Positions 11,326 to 21,908 are shown, numbered from the whole stretch's first letter. The stretch is 63,940 nt of DNA, filler included, from Stramenopiles sp. TOSAG23-3 (GCA_900128585.1; 22 parts of 22 records of this genome joined end to end with filler, not necessarily neighbours in it); one strand, 5' to 3'. Numbers and translations: made by a program. The notes: generated by a model not told the origin, from the sequence alone.

Positions 11326-11603
11326 CTATGGGGGGTGACTCTGGTACTCTGGTCCTTTGCCAAAATCCCAATCGGCCCTGGGGTCTGGTACGGACCGTTG
11401 TCCTTTGAACACTTTGTTCAATCGTTTTGCTCGTTCTTCCTGGAATATTTTCTCCGAATCTGTGAGCTCCCGCTCGGTCATTTGCTCTTCCTTTGCCCTT
11501 ATCTCTTTGTAATATTGATTACAATGCTTTCCAAAGTTAAGCAATTTCGCATCGCTAGGGTGAAACATTTTCACACTGTTCGGCGCTAAGTGAAGAACCC
11601 TCG
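11326..11603 (-). CDS. 3' fragment of a hypothetical protein; true stop uncertain
   Basis: Open from the contig edge to TAG. Coding-like composition continues about 150 nt past the stop. Confidence 0.5.
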
Positions 11604-11703
11604 NNNNNNNNNNNNNNNNNNNNNNNNNNNNNNNNNNNNNNNNNNNNTTAATTAATTAANNNNNNNNNNNNNNNNNNNNNNNNNNNNNNNNNNNNNNNNN
11701 NNN

Positions 11704-11805
11704 CGCGGTGAAGCGGAAAGAGAACTCCAGGCGGTCCGGCGCTGCCAAGTGAGTTAGAAAGAGTAAGAAAAAAAGAAGCCCACCACGACGAACGCGAAAC
11801 GCCAT
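11704..11805 (-). CDS. Possible 5' start of a secreted protein (3'-partial)
   Basis: MAFRVRRGGLLFFLLFLTHLAAP, a signal-peptide-like start after AT-rich sequence, running off the contig. Confidence 0.35.
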
Positions 11806-12428
11806 TATTGTAGTTCTAAGAATACGGAATATATTCCTATTATATAACATCATATAATATACACTCCTCGTACTACTCTAACTACATACAATTACAATTT
11901 GTCAGTATTCTCCTTTTTTTTATTATTAGTACCAAGGTACCTGTATTTTATTATACCTGGAAGGCTGGTAGGGCACCAAGTATAATACCAACCATCAAAT
12001 AATGAGGGAGAGGAGGAGATTAAAAAAAATGAAAAAAGTCACAGAGCACACAGCACACACCTTCTTCCTTGGATCTTCTTTTTTCTCAACGACCGACCAG
12101 CGACCATCCTTCTTCCTCATATTATCCATCAGCCTCAGTGGTAGTGGTACCGGTACGGTAGTCGTCTAGTTGTTTCATTAGCTCATAGCTCATCATAATA
12201 ACAATACCATATATTAAACCCTTTCTTTTCTTCAAAAAACCCCATATTGCAAACCGAACGATAAACAGCGACAACAGCAACGAAGAAAACAAAAACAAAA
12301 GCAAACGCCCTTTCATTTATAGAAAAGAGGAGATTAAAACAAACGGAGCGTAGGACTTGTATCGTTATTGCTGTAAGGTATCTTTCCTAGCAGCAAGGTT
12401 TGAACTATATACCCTCTTCTTTGAAAAG

Positions 12429-13172
12429 ATGTCGACAATAGTTCCAGTCGTGGTGGTCTTTTCTGGAAGCGCAACGACATTGCACCTTCTGGTAGGTTTC
12501 TCCATGTTCATATCGCTTACTATTGCCACCGTAGCGTCCGTCTCTATCCTGTGCCTGATGTTAAGGGTTGATAATTTTGAAGGTATAAACAAGAGTTCTT
12601 TGAAAAATGTAAAAAAAATGTTTGAGTTGGTACGGAGCAAAGCAAAAGAAAAACTAAAGGGAAGCACGGGTGGAAAGACTACCGTGGCAGAGCAGCACAG
12701 GCCAGGGCATTACAGGGCAATAGACAAGCCAGAAATGCTGGAAAAAGCAATCGAAGAGGGTAGCATGGAATTTGTAAAGAATTGGGTCCACACCCCGGGC
12801 AATCACATTGATTCGCGCTTTTCGGACGGGCAAACGATTTTACACAAAGCAGCCTTTGTTGGTAACGCGAACATTGTTCGGTTGGCCTTGAAGGAGGGCG
12901 CAGACTCTTTGGGTGGCGACGTAGAAATGAACACTCCCCTTCACTTGGCTTGCTTGGCCGGCAATGCGCTTATTGTCAAAATTTTGACTGACCGAGATAG
13001 CGACCCGTTTGCCCCGAACATGTTTGATGAAACGCCGATGGAGCTGTGCGAAAAACGTGGGAACCGTGGGTGCCAAGTCCTCCTCAAACGGGCGATTGCA
13101 AATCGTGGCAGCGGAATCCCGGAAGAGCTGACTTTACGGAGGTCGAGGTTAGGATCAGTTGATAGCGTATAA
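12429..13172 (+). CDS. Ankyrin-repeat protein with an N-terminal hydrophobic anchor; start may be the later Met (MFISL)
   Basis: GQTILHKAAFVGNANIVRLAL, NTPLHLACLAGNALIVKILT, ETPMELC. Confidence 0.9.
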   Translation: MSTIVPVVVVFSGSATTLHLLVGFSMFISLTIATVASVSILCLMLRVDNFEGINKSSLKNVKKMFELVRSKAKEKLKGSTGGKTTVAEQHRPGHYRAIDKPEMLEKAIEEGSMEFVKNWVHTPGNHIDSRFSDGQTILHKAAFVGNANIVRLALKEGADSLGGDVEMNTPLHLACLAGNALIVKILTDRDSDPFAPNMFDETPMELCEKRGNRGCQVLLKRAIANRGSGIPEELTLRRSRLGSVDSV

Positions 13173-13358
13173 TAAGAAATATTACTATAAGTGCAAAGAG
13201 AGTGTTAAAAAAACTAATTACTATATAATTTGTTTTTTGCAAGAGAGTGTTATGTGTGTGTTTTACTATCTCACGAGATTTGGCGTTACTCTCTATAAAA
13301 CAGAGCAAAGATAAGTTCGCAGTACATGAAGGAATGTAAACCTCGAATGTTTAAATTC

Positions 13359-13420
13359 AGAGTTCAGTTCGCAGTACATTAATAATTGCTTAAATAACAG
13401 CTAATTTTCTTGTTTTAAAA
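13359..13420 (-). repeat. Most complete copy of a dispersed non-coding 3' element (partial copies at 6389-6422, 9278-9308, 23044-23074, 58494-58532)
   Basis: AGAGTTCAGTTCGCAGTACRTTAAT is shared with 9278. ATAACAGCYAATTTT..TG.TTT is shared with 23044, 58494 and, inverted, 6389. Confidence 0.8.
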
Positions 13421-13522
13421 CAGAAGTTAAGGATTCGTACGTTGTAAGAATTACTCCTGATGATAAAAGGGTTTAAAAAGCCACACAATTAATCTTCCAC
13501 GATGATGGGAGGAACCAACCAT

Positions 13523-14526
13523 TCACTCCACGACCTGTTCTTCGGGCAGTTTCCATTTTTTATCACGGTCCATCATTTTAAACGTACTGCCCTTCTTCTT
13601 CCCTCGTCGCCGACCGCCAACTTCTACCAAATTGCGCTGCATCATACTATGCAGCCTGTCTCGGACAGGGTTTCCAACCATCCTTACCTTTCTCAAGCTA
13701 CCATGCAACTCGTCCGACAGGGGGGCGTCGATTGGGAATGGGTTTTCCACGACCGTGTTACCATATTTCACCGCCTTGGGCAGGAGCTTCTTTTCTTCCC
13801 TCATCTTTGTAACCATCTCTCGCTTTTTCTCCAGTTCAGACGCCGAGCGCTTAATTTCTTTTCCAATTTCCTTTAAGTGAGAGAGCTGAGAATTTTTCAC
13901 CTTGGCGACCTTCAGGCTGGCGCGCTCCTTCTCTTCCCTTTTCAACCGTGCTCGTTTGTTCCGTTGGGCTCGCGTTAGCTTCTTTTCTCTCTTTACAGCC
14001 GGATTTATCGAAAGGCCACCAGGGGCGTCCACGTCGTCTTCTTCGTTGTCGGAAAGAACTAATTTATCATTTACAGGAGGCAGAGGCGGCCTCAACTTTT
14101 TCGCCGCGGCTATGTTACCTTCTACGCGCTTACGCTCTACTTCCAGCGCCTCCTGAATCAGCCTCCTGTGGTCCGCGACACTGGGGTTGTACGAGGCCCC
14201 AGCGTCCGCAACGTGAACTGCAGGGGCAAGTTTCGACTGGTAGTTTTCATTCGCCTTTTTCCTGGCCTTTGCCTTAGCTTTTTTCTCCGCCTCCCGAGAA
14301 ACTTGCAAATACACATAATGGTCAACGTGCGATTTTTCCGCAGATGCCGCATCCGCGTCATCGTTCCCCCACAAGTCGGATAGGTTCTCCTCCTGTTTGC
14401 GCAGACCACCGCTGGATTTTTTCTTGCCCTTGGTGTGTTTCGCCGTATCAAACGTTAGCTTACTAGAAGAGCAATCGGCAACGCACAGTTCAGCATGTCT
14501 CAAAGCGTGCGTCACCTGAAGAGTAT
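13523..14526 (-). CDS. NOP53: Ribosome biogenesis protein Nop53/GLTSCR2 (5'-partial)
   Basis: GASYNPSVADH, KKLTRAQRNKRAR, LSDELHGSLRKV...RDRLHSMMQRNLVE. Confidence 0.92.
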
Positions 14527-14626
14527 NNNNNNNNNNNNNNNNNNNNNNNNNNNNNNNNNNNNNNNNNNNNTTAATTAATTAANNNNNNNNNNNNNNNNNN
14601 NNNNNNNNNNNNNNNNNNNNNNNNNN

Positions 14627-14688
14627 CTTCTTTCTTCTTCTTCTTCTTTCTTCTTCTTCTTCTTCTTCTTCTTCTTCTTCTTCTTCTA
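14627..14688. repeat. (CTT)n microsatellite at contig edge
   Basis: Direct reading. Confidence 0.95.
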
Positions 14689-14840
14689 CTGTTTCTTCTT
14701 TTTGTTATGAAATTATACTTAATATATATATATAGGATTTAGTTCAAAACGCGATTCAATTCATTCAGGGAGGAAGGTTTCGACCTTGGGGTTGCATAGG
14801 ATACACACACACAATATATAATAATATATAGTGTTTGGCA

Positions 14841-15746
14841 ATGTCGTCGCCGGCGCGGTTGGTTCGGTACTGGTGCAGCGTGCTGGAAATGCACCGTTAT
14901 GCTCGTTTGTTGAGCCCTACCAGTGATATCCAAAGGGGGAAACTGCTGCGCGTTGAGAACATCCAAGGGGACGTGTACGATCCTGACTCGGTAATTTTGG
15001 ATACGGGCCACGTTATGGAGATCAGAACCGAGCAGCTGCGGACCCCCGTTGACCCGGCCATTATTATCGGGACGGGCCTAAACTACAAAAAGCACGCGGA
15101 AGAGTGTGGGCTGGACACGCCCGAATTTCCCATGCTGGCATTTTTCAAACAGCCAGGCGCGGCACAAGACCCCTTCGGGCCCATCGAGATACCGGCATGC
15201 TGCGACCCAGCCGTCCCAGAGGTAGACTGGGAAGTGGAGCTGGCGGTAGTCATCGGTAAGCCCTGCAAAGACGTTGCCCCGGAGGACGCGGAGGACTACA
15301 TCCTGGGGTACACCTGCGCGAACGACGTGAGCGCCCGACTTTGGCAGACGGACGTGGCGCGAACGGGGGGGCAGTGGAACAAAGGAAAAGGTTTTGACAC
15401 ATTTTGCCCGTTGGGCCCAACGATGGTGCTGCACGACCCGGAGAAGTTTGACCCCCACGCGCTGGACATTTCCCTCACTGTAAATGACGTCCAGTACCAG
15501 AATTCCAACACGTCCGACTTCGTCTTTCAGGTAGGGGAGGTGGTCTCCTTCCTTAGCAAAGGAACGACCTTGGTCCCAGGCACCGTCATACTCACAGGCA
15601 CCCCAGAAGGGATCGGAATGTTCCAAAAGCCCGAACCAATCTATTTAAACGACGAGGACGTGGTCCGCGCAACCATCGAAGGGATCGGAACGTTGGAAAA
15701 CCATGTGGTCGGGGCACATAAAAAATATTTAAAGGGCGAGGACTAA
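14841..15746 (+). CDS. Fumarylacetoacetate hydrolase family protein (FAHD2-like)
   Basis: GLNYKKHAEE, VDWEVELAVVIGK, GYTCANDVSAR, KGKGFDTFCPLGP, TLVPGTVILTGTPEGIG. Confidence 0.95.
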   Translation: MSSPARLVRYWCSVLEMHRYARLLSPTSDIQRGKLLRVENIQGDVYDPDSVILDTGHVMEIRTEQLRTPVDPAIIIGTGLNYKKHAEECGLDTPEFPMLAFFKQPGAAQDPFGPIEIPACCDPAVPEVDWEVELAVVIGKPCKDVAPEDAEDYILGYTCANDVSARLWQTDVARTGGQWNKGKGFDTFCPLGPTMVLHDPEKFDPHALDISLTVNDVQYQNSNTSDFVFQVGEVVSFLSKGTTLVPGTVILTGTPEGIGMFQKPEPIYLNDEDVVRATIEGIGTLENHVVGAHKKYLKGED

Positions 15747-15913
15747 AAATTCATTTTGCAAGAGACTCGTTTTTGTTACGTACGTAGTAAATTTAACTCT
15801 CGTCATTTTAAGAACCTGGCGGTTGAATTCTTTGGGGAAACAGAACTATTTTTTAACTCCTCCTCGGGCTAATTTTGATTTTGTAAAAAAATTACCCAGC
15901 CACTTCTTCATTT

Positions 15914-17128
15914 TCACAACAAAAGAGTGCCTGTCTTAGCGCATCGAATTTCAAAAAACAGGGTGACCGAATACATCCACGCCTCCGCGTTGTTCACGTT
16001 CAATGCAAGCACTCGCTCTCCCCCAACTTCCGATGCGCCCACGCTGCCCTCGACTTCGCCCTCAAAAAATGCTTTGTTAACGTCGAACGTCCCCACAATC
16101 GGTTTGGTCTTGCAGTTGTACTTACCCGGTTTGACGATGTGTTTCGTGCCCAACCCTTTCACCGACATGGAAATCCCGAGCACAATGCCGTCGTAGTTCG
16201 CCGAGCGCAAGACGATGGTAATGTTGGCCACATCTTGGGGGATCGTGATGGAATGACCCTTCGACGACCCTGCATCGATTTTGAACATGGTCTCGTCCAC
16301 CAAAGCAACTTCCCCTCGGCGCAGGGATGGGTTCACTTTCACGCAGCCGAACGGGCGTTGGCACGTTCCTCCCAAATGCTTTGGAAGCTGCCCCGCGTCG
16401 ATTTCTTGCAGCAGGACGTCCTTGAAGTTCTCGCCCAGGATTTCAATTTTTTCCAACGAAATCGGATCCAGCCAAGGCTTCACAATCTCGAATGCAGTGC
16501 TGAGCAGCCACGGTGCATTTACGATGTAGAATTTGTACAAGGACTCTGGATAGTGGCGCTGGTCCAAATCGATCATCTTCTTCATGAGTTGAAACCCACT
16601 TGGCCCCATCATACTCGAGTTCAACCCCGTCAAATCCAAAATAGCAAGCCGCATTCCTGTCTTGTTGTTCAAACACTTCTCGTTCACCCGCACATGGTTG
16701 GCCAAAAACGTCTCCGCCCCAATCTCCAGCATCCTCGGCACGTCGCAGAGCCCCGTCATTTCGATGTACACCGTGTGGCCACGCTTGTCTTCGTAGCCAG
16801 TGTAGACATACGGCAAGGCCGCTTGTATGCGTTCTTCCCGTTCCGCTGCCTGGTCGCTGTCGTTCGCTGCGTCGTCCGCTTTCACCTCGTGTCGCCACAC
16901 GAGCGATCCGGTGAGCACGTGCGCCGCTTTCCCGACGTCCCCTTTGCAGCCCCTTAAAAACTTCGAAAAACGGTCGTCCGTGCAAGCTTCGAAAATGCTG
17001 ATAGGGGCATTCTTTTCCGCGATCAACTGCTTGCACCGTTCGCACCCACAGGGGACGCCTCCCTTTAACCTTTCCAACGGTGTCTTTCCGCCCACGGCCG
17101 ACGGGCTGCCTGCGGCCAACGTTGCCAT
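15914..17128 (-). CDS. SEC14-like CRAL-TRIO lipid-binding protein with a beta-rich (GOLD-like) C-terminus
   Basis: KFLRGCKGDV, ILDLTGL, DQRHYPESLYKFYIVNAPW, VKPWLDP...KIEILG, QLPKHLGGTC. Confidence 0.93.
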   Translation of the reverse strand: MATLAAGSPSAVGGKTPLERLKGGVPCGCERCKQLIAEKNAPISIFEACTDDRFSKFLRGCKGDVGKAAHVLTGSLVWRHEVKADDAANDSDQAAEREERIQAALPYVYTGYEDKRGHTVYIEMTGLCDVPRMLEIGAETFLANHVRVNEKCLNNKTGMRLAILDLTGLNSSMMGPSGFQLMKKMIDLDQRHYPESLYKFYIVNAPWLLSTAFEIVKPWLDPISLEKIEILGENFKDVLLQEIDAGQLPKHLGGTCQRPFGCVKVNPSLRRGEVALVDETMFKIDAGSSKGHSITIPQDVANITIVLRSANYDGIVLGISMSVKGLGTKHIVKPGKYNCKTKPIVGTFDVNKAFFEGEVEGSVGASEVGGERVLALNVNNAEAWMYSVTLFFEIRCAKTGTLLL

Positions 17129-17366
17129 GTTTATTTAGTACTCTTGCTCTTTGCTCTCTATCGTTCTAAAGCGAAAGCTATGGTTTGCATTCTCTTTTCA
17201 ATAAATCTGTATATTTAAACCATAAAAATGCATATAGTGTGTTCGCAGTAGTGTTTCTTTAGTAAAAAAAAATCAATCAGACATGTATAATATATATAGA
17301 CTAGATGTAACATATTATAATAGGCGACTTCCATCAATCAACACAGTTGAAGTAGTATGAGTATCC

Positions 17367-17444
17367 GAAGAAGAAGAAGAAGAAGAAGAAGAAGAAGAAG
17401 AAGAAGAAGAAGAAGAAGAAGAAGAAGAAGAAAAAGAAGAAGAA
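17367..17444. repeat. (GAA)n microsatellite at contig edge
   Basis: Direct reading. Confidence 0.95.
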
Positions 17445-17544
17445 NNNNNNNNNNNNNNNNNNNNNNNNNNNNNNNNNNNNNNNNNNNNTTAATTAATTAA
17501 NNNNNNNNNNNNNNNNNNNNNNNNNNNNNNNNNNNNNNNNNNNN

Positions 17545-17624
17545 GCGTTGTATGGCTCTACAACAGCGGTGGAGCACTGTGGGGATGGGTATACACTGAA
17601 AAGAATCTTGGCTTTGCGACCGTC
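17545..17624 (-). CDS. TUBA: Internal alpha-tubulin fragment (about residues 160-187), running off the contig
   Basis: [27 protein letters not shown] versus canonical alpha-tubulin [28 protein letters not shown]. Confidence 0.85.
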
Positions 17625-18479
17625 GTACAACAGAATGCTACCTTTCGCGGCGCTCTTCAGCACAATTATGACCTGGTCTTTGATATTTTCGTGAATTTTT
17701 AAATCGCTTCGATTCCAGTGCGCAAGCGCGTCTGCCTCCGAGCGTCCCCCTAATACTTTACGGGCAATCACACGCCGCTTGCATTCCTCTATTGGAACTT
17801 TCAAGACAATAAGACCGTCGAACAGATTTCGCAAGGCCGCCCAATCGCCCCTAGCATCATTTGCAAGTAAATGCAAACCTTCAAAAAATACTATTTGGTG
17901 CTGCGCAATATCGACCTTCACTCTACCAGGCACTGGATTGTGAAGGTTACGATCGTACGCCGGAAACAGGAAGACGCCGCCGTCGGCATTGCCCTCTAGT
18001 GCAGCAGGTGCTTCAACTTTTTCTTGGCCAACACAGAAACGAGACAAGTCGTTGCGGATCGACTTCGCATCGATAGTTTCCAACGCACCCTTGATCGATT
18101 TCAACGTTTGTTTCGAGTCGCTATTTATATAGTGTGACTCGAGGTATTCGTTCCGGTAATGGTACGCGTCCATGCCAATAGTCACCGACGGGGTCTGCGT
18201 TGCATTCAATTCTCGGGTCATAATCTCACAAAACGTCGACTTTCCACAGCCAGCGCCACCAACGACCCCAATAATGCACGGTCGTCGTCGGGGAGCCTCT
18301 GCCCGTTTACTCCGGAGCACATTCTTAACGTAGTCCGATGCCGTTGCAACAAAGCTTTTAAAAGAACTGGTAATTTCAATTTTTTTCTTCACCCCATCGA
18401 CTTCCATCTCGTAATTCAGCACCACCTCGCTCGACTTACCCCCGCCTTCTCCATTGGGAGGCGTGTTGGAAACGTTCAT
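17625..18479 (-). CDS. P-loop kinase of the PRK/uridine kinase/pantothenate kinase family (YggC-like); reads in frame into alpha-tubulin sequence
   Basis: IIGVVGGAGCGKST (Walker A), MDAYHYRNEYL, KGALETID, PAYDRNLHNP, FEGLHLL. Confidence 0.88.
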
Positions 18480-18904
18480 CTGCAAACAAAAATTCAAGAG
18501 TTCTCCTCTCTACACATAACTCGCCTCAAACTCTCTCTCTCTCTCTCTCTCTCGATGTATATGCTCATAAAAATGTTCACCTAGACAATCAGAAAACACT
18601 GCCAGTGCATACTACAATCGAATCGTCTTGAAACAAAGTTCAAACTGTTTTCAATAATCTACTTCAATCTTGTCGTTGTTTTTTAGCATAGGTAGCAGCA
18701 GGGAAGCAGCAGAAAGATAGAAGAAGTTCTTCTTTATGGGAATTTGGGTATCTTTCTAATAGTATACGATTAATATATACTTATATAAATATATATACCT
18801 ATTTAATACTTCTTCTCCGTCCGGCGTGGTATTTATTCCCTATTATATATAGACACAGCATATGAACCCTTATTATTATACTACCGCTGCATATAATAAA
18901 TAGG

Positions 18905-18920
18905 CTTCTTTCTTTCTTTC

Positions 18921-18956
<36 letters not shown>

Positions 18957-19137
18957 TTTTTCTTTCTTTCTTTCTCTTTCTTTCTTTCTTCTTTCTTCTT
19001 TCTTTCTTTCTCTTTCTTTCTTTCTTTCTTCTTTCTTTCTTCTTCTTCTTTCGTTCTTTCTCTTTCTTTCTTCTTCTTCTTTCTTCTTCTTCTTTCTTTC
19101 TCTTTCGTTCTGTCTTCTTTCTTTCTTTCTTCTTTCT
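18905..19137. repeat. Polypyrimidine (TTCT/CTT)n tract between the divergently transcribed kinase and TMCO1 genes
   Basis: About 230 bp of almost pure C/T. Confidence 0.95.
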
Positions 19138-19425
19138 GATTGATTGATTGATTAATTGATTGCCAATCAATTAATACATAATTTTCAACAAAGAGCTTTC
19201 TATATAATGTAGATTGTATACACAACAGTTAGAATTTAGAAAGAGAGGTACACGTAGATTTTTATGCATTTAATTGTTTGAGATCCAATAACATCCACTA
19301 GATATATTCAGTTTGCTGCTTCATTTTTTTGATTATTTTGACTACGTAATTGTGTCGTTTCCAAGTGTCTGTTGAACCAGATATCTTAGCAGTTTAAGTA
19401 CTATATATAATACCGAGAACGGACG

Positions 19426-19989
19426 ATGGCAAACGTAACCAACGCTTTGGAAATTGTATGTATTACCATTTTCCTTGCTTTCTTCACGGAGTTTGTAAAC
19501 TGGGTGTTAGTGTACCGTCTCCCAGGGTACAAAAAGAACTTAAAGCTCTCTGCGGACATTAACGATCAACTGGAAACGTTGAAAGAAAGCCTTAGCGTTA
19601 GCTCGCCCAGTGAAGCGAAAAAACTGAAAAGGAAAATCAAGGAGAAAAAGGCGCAACTAAAAACTGTTGGCACAGCAATGTCTGGGACTAAAATAAAGAG
19701 CACGTTCGTAATGATCATGACAACGGTCGCAGTGTTCGCAATCCTTGGCAGTGCGTACGAAGGAGAAATTGTCCTGAAGCTTCCGTTCGAACCTATCAGC
19801 TTTCTTCGCGGTATGAGCCATCGTGGCATTGAAACGGAAGACTACTACGACTGTTCTTTTTTGTTTGTTTACGTTTTGGGGAACATGTGTTTGCGGCCTG
19901 CAGTCACAAAGTTCTTAGGGTTTGAACCACCGAAAGGGGCCCAAAAGAGCATGTGGACGCCTCCTAGCTTGGACGAAGACGAGGATTAG
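19426..19989 (+). CDS. TMCO1: TMCO1 (Oxa1-superfamily ER membrane protein)
   Basis: EFVNWVLVYR, coiled coil, KLPFEPISFLRGMSHRGI...DCSFLFVYVL...KFLGFEP. Confidence 0.95.
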   Translation: MANVTNALEIVCITIFLAFFTEFVNWVLVYRLPGYKKNLKLSADINDQLETLKESLSVSSPSEAKKLKRKIKEKKAQLKTVGTAMSGTKIKSTFVMIMTTVAVFAILGSAYEGEIVLKLPFEPISFLRGMSHRGIETEDYYDCSFLFVYVLGNMCLRPAVTKFLGFEPPKGAQKSMWTPPSLDEDED

Positions 19990-20274
19990 AGGATTCTAGT
20001 GCATGTTTAAAAGAATTTATACGCGCCCGTAATTACTTTTAAAGATTTTTTCTGGAACACTTTTTCCAAACAAAATGATTGTACATTAAGCGAGTTATTA
20101 CGTTTGAAAAATCTTAAAACGATCCTCTCTTTGGCTGTCGTAAACAACAGCCCGCGATCACAATGCGGAAAAAATGTTAATTTTCACTTTCATGTGTGTG
20201 CCTCTTAAATTATATTCGTCTTGTATGTAATTTGCGAAATAACAGAGGGACATGTTGCAATAAGAACACAGCCT

Positions 20275-20360
20275 TTAGTATTCTTCCATGTCTTCTTCTT
20301 CGCCTTCACCTTCGGCGGTCTCTACAGCGACCTCGTGGTAATCCTTTTCCAAGGCGGCAA
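20275..20360 (-). CDS. TUBA: Alpha-tubulin C-terminus (5'-partial); absent from the ORF track
   Basis: Manual translation AALEKDYHEVAVETAEGEGEEEDMEEY*, with the acidic tail and terminal Tyr diagnostic of alpha-tubulin. Confidence 0.93.
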
Positions 20361-20462
20361 NNNNNNNNNNNNNNNNNNNNNNNNNNNNNNNNNNNNNNNN
20401 NNNNTTAATTAATTAANNNNNNNNNNNNNNNNNNNNNNNNNNNNNNNNNNNNNNNNNNNNGC

Positions 20463-20891
20463 CAGTTTAAACGAAGGGCTGCGTACGGAAACGTGTTCAA
20501 CGATATGCAGGTTCCGTACTGCACTAGCCTGTTCAGCTCCCACAGAAATCCGTTCCGGGGAAAGAATGCAAAACGGGTTGTGTTTCTGGAAGGCAATTCC
20601 AACATAATTGATATGGAACAGAGCGAGTTTCGCTTACACCCATCTAGCAATGAGTTGGAATTAACATTTGCATCTGACGAACGCAAGCGTCAGGTTCTGC
20701 TGTCGATGGTCAGCAACTTAAACTCGCTCCAGTGGGAAAAATTTGCGTGCAGAATAGATGTCCCATTCATGGCGCATGTTCAAATCATTTTTCAAAATAG
20801 ATTTATTCCGAGCGGGAAAGACGCGACGAAGCACATTTGCGCCAGGTTGAAAGAGGGTTTGTCGGCAACGACTCCGAGCAGCAGACTTTGA
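20463..20891 (+). CDS. C-terminus of a DUF676-type putative serine esterase/lipase (5'-partial)
   Basis: QFKRRAAYGNVFNDMQVPYCTS matches the FKRRxxYxNxxNDxxVPY motif; later AHVQII. Confidence 0.75.
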   Translation, partial: QFKRRAAYGNVFNDMQVPYCTSLFSSHRNPFRGKNAKRVVFLEGNSNIIDMEQSEFRLHPSSNELELTFASDERKRQVLLSMVSNLNSLQWEKFACRIDVPFMAHVQIIFQNRFIPSGKDATKHICARLKEGLSATTPSSRL

Positions 20892-21221
20892 GGTGCTTGT
20901 TAGATTTTATTCTTTGGGGCTGTAAATATTATAATGTGTGTAAAGAAGAGTGGGTAGATGAAAGGGGAAGAAAAAAAGGCTAGGGTACATTCTTAAATTT
21001 AAGTTTTACGAGCTCTGTTGTTTTTTGTATCATATCATAACAGTGTTAGGAATTTAAAATTTGGAGTTTCTTTAAGAAATATTAATTGGGTGAAGCACTC
21101 TAACTTAAGCTTTATAAGTTTCTTAACCCTTAAGACATACGTAATTAATTTTGCCAATCGGCCTCTGCTCCACCAGTTCGCCGTGGTGGGGTAAATGATT
21201 CACTGCATCGGTGCTTCGCTT

Positions 21222-21908
21222 TTACCAATTGCGAAGATATTTACATGTCACTGGTTGTGCTTGTACAATGATGGTCGTAGCCGCAATGTTTTGGTTGTTC
21301 GTGCTGTAGCAATCAATTTCGCACTCGACTTTGTGAAAATACTGGATCCCATGTAGCCCCATTTTGGTCACAACATCGTGCGGTTTCAATACTTTTGACT
21401 CTGTGCTCTCCGCCAAGGCTTCCTCGTCGCTGTACTTCTTATCCACCAGCTCATACAATATTTTCAAAAACACCTCTCTCGCAGCTTTGTCGGCTTCCTT
21501 GATGTCTTTAAACACAACCGGTTCAACACCTTGGTCGTCGAACTCTTTTGCCGCGTTGTTATGGTCAAACTTTATTTGTTTAAGCTCCTCGTCGGAATTT
21601 GTCCCTGCGAATGTATTGTCGTCCCATTTGGTAATCTTCGACTCGATCTTGTACGAAATCACGTAGGGGAGAGGGCGGTACCGTTTCAGCCCCCCTTTCG
21701 TTTGCAAACCTGATTCTCGGTATCGTTTTCTGAAACTCCTGTGAGATGCGACGGACGACGGCGTTACTTCCTTGGTTTCGGATTCTTTTCTACTATTGCT
21801 TCTGGTAACTCCATCGTTTCCTGATACAGTTTTAAGCTCAACTTTCCCAGCCTTACTCCCATCGCTTGGTTTGGAAGCATGCGGCGGTGGTACAGCAACC
21901 GACGCCAT
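21222..21908 (-). CDS. Hypothetical protein (228 aa)
   Basis: ATG-initiated ORF with coding composition between AT-rich flanks. No domain recognised. Confidence 0.75.
   Translation of the reverse strand: MASVAVPPPHASKPSDGSKAGKVELKTVSGNDGVTRSNSRKESETKEVTPSSVASHRSFRKRYRESGLQTKGGLKRYRPLPYVISYKIESKITKWDDNTFAGTNSDEELKQIKFDHNNAAKEFDDQGVEPVVFKDIKEADKAAREVFLKILYELVDKKYSDEEALAESTESKVLKPHDVVTKMGLHGIQYFHKVECEIDCYSTNNQNIAATTIIVQAQPVTCKYLRNW

Noticed and set aside
18799..19225. Lys/Arg/Glu-rich ORFs
   Set aside because: Translations of the (TTCT)n tract.
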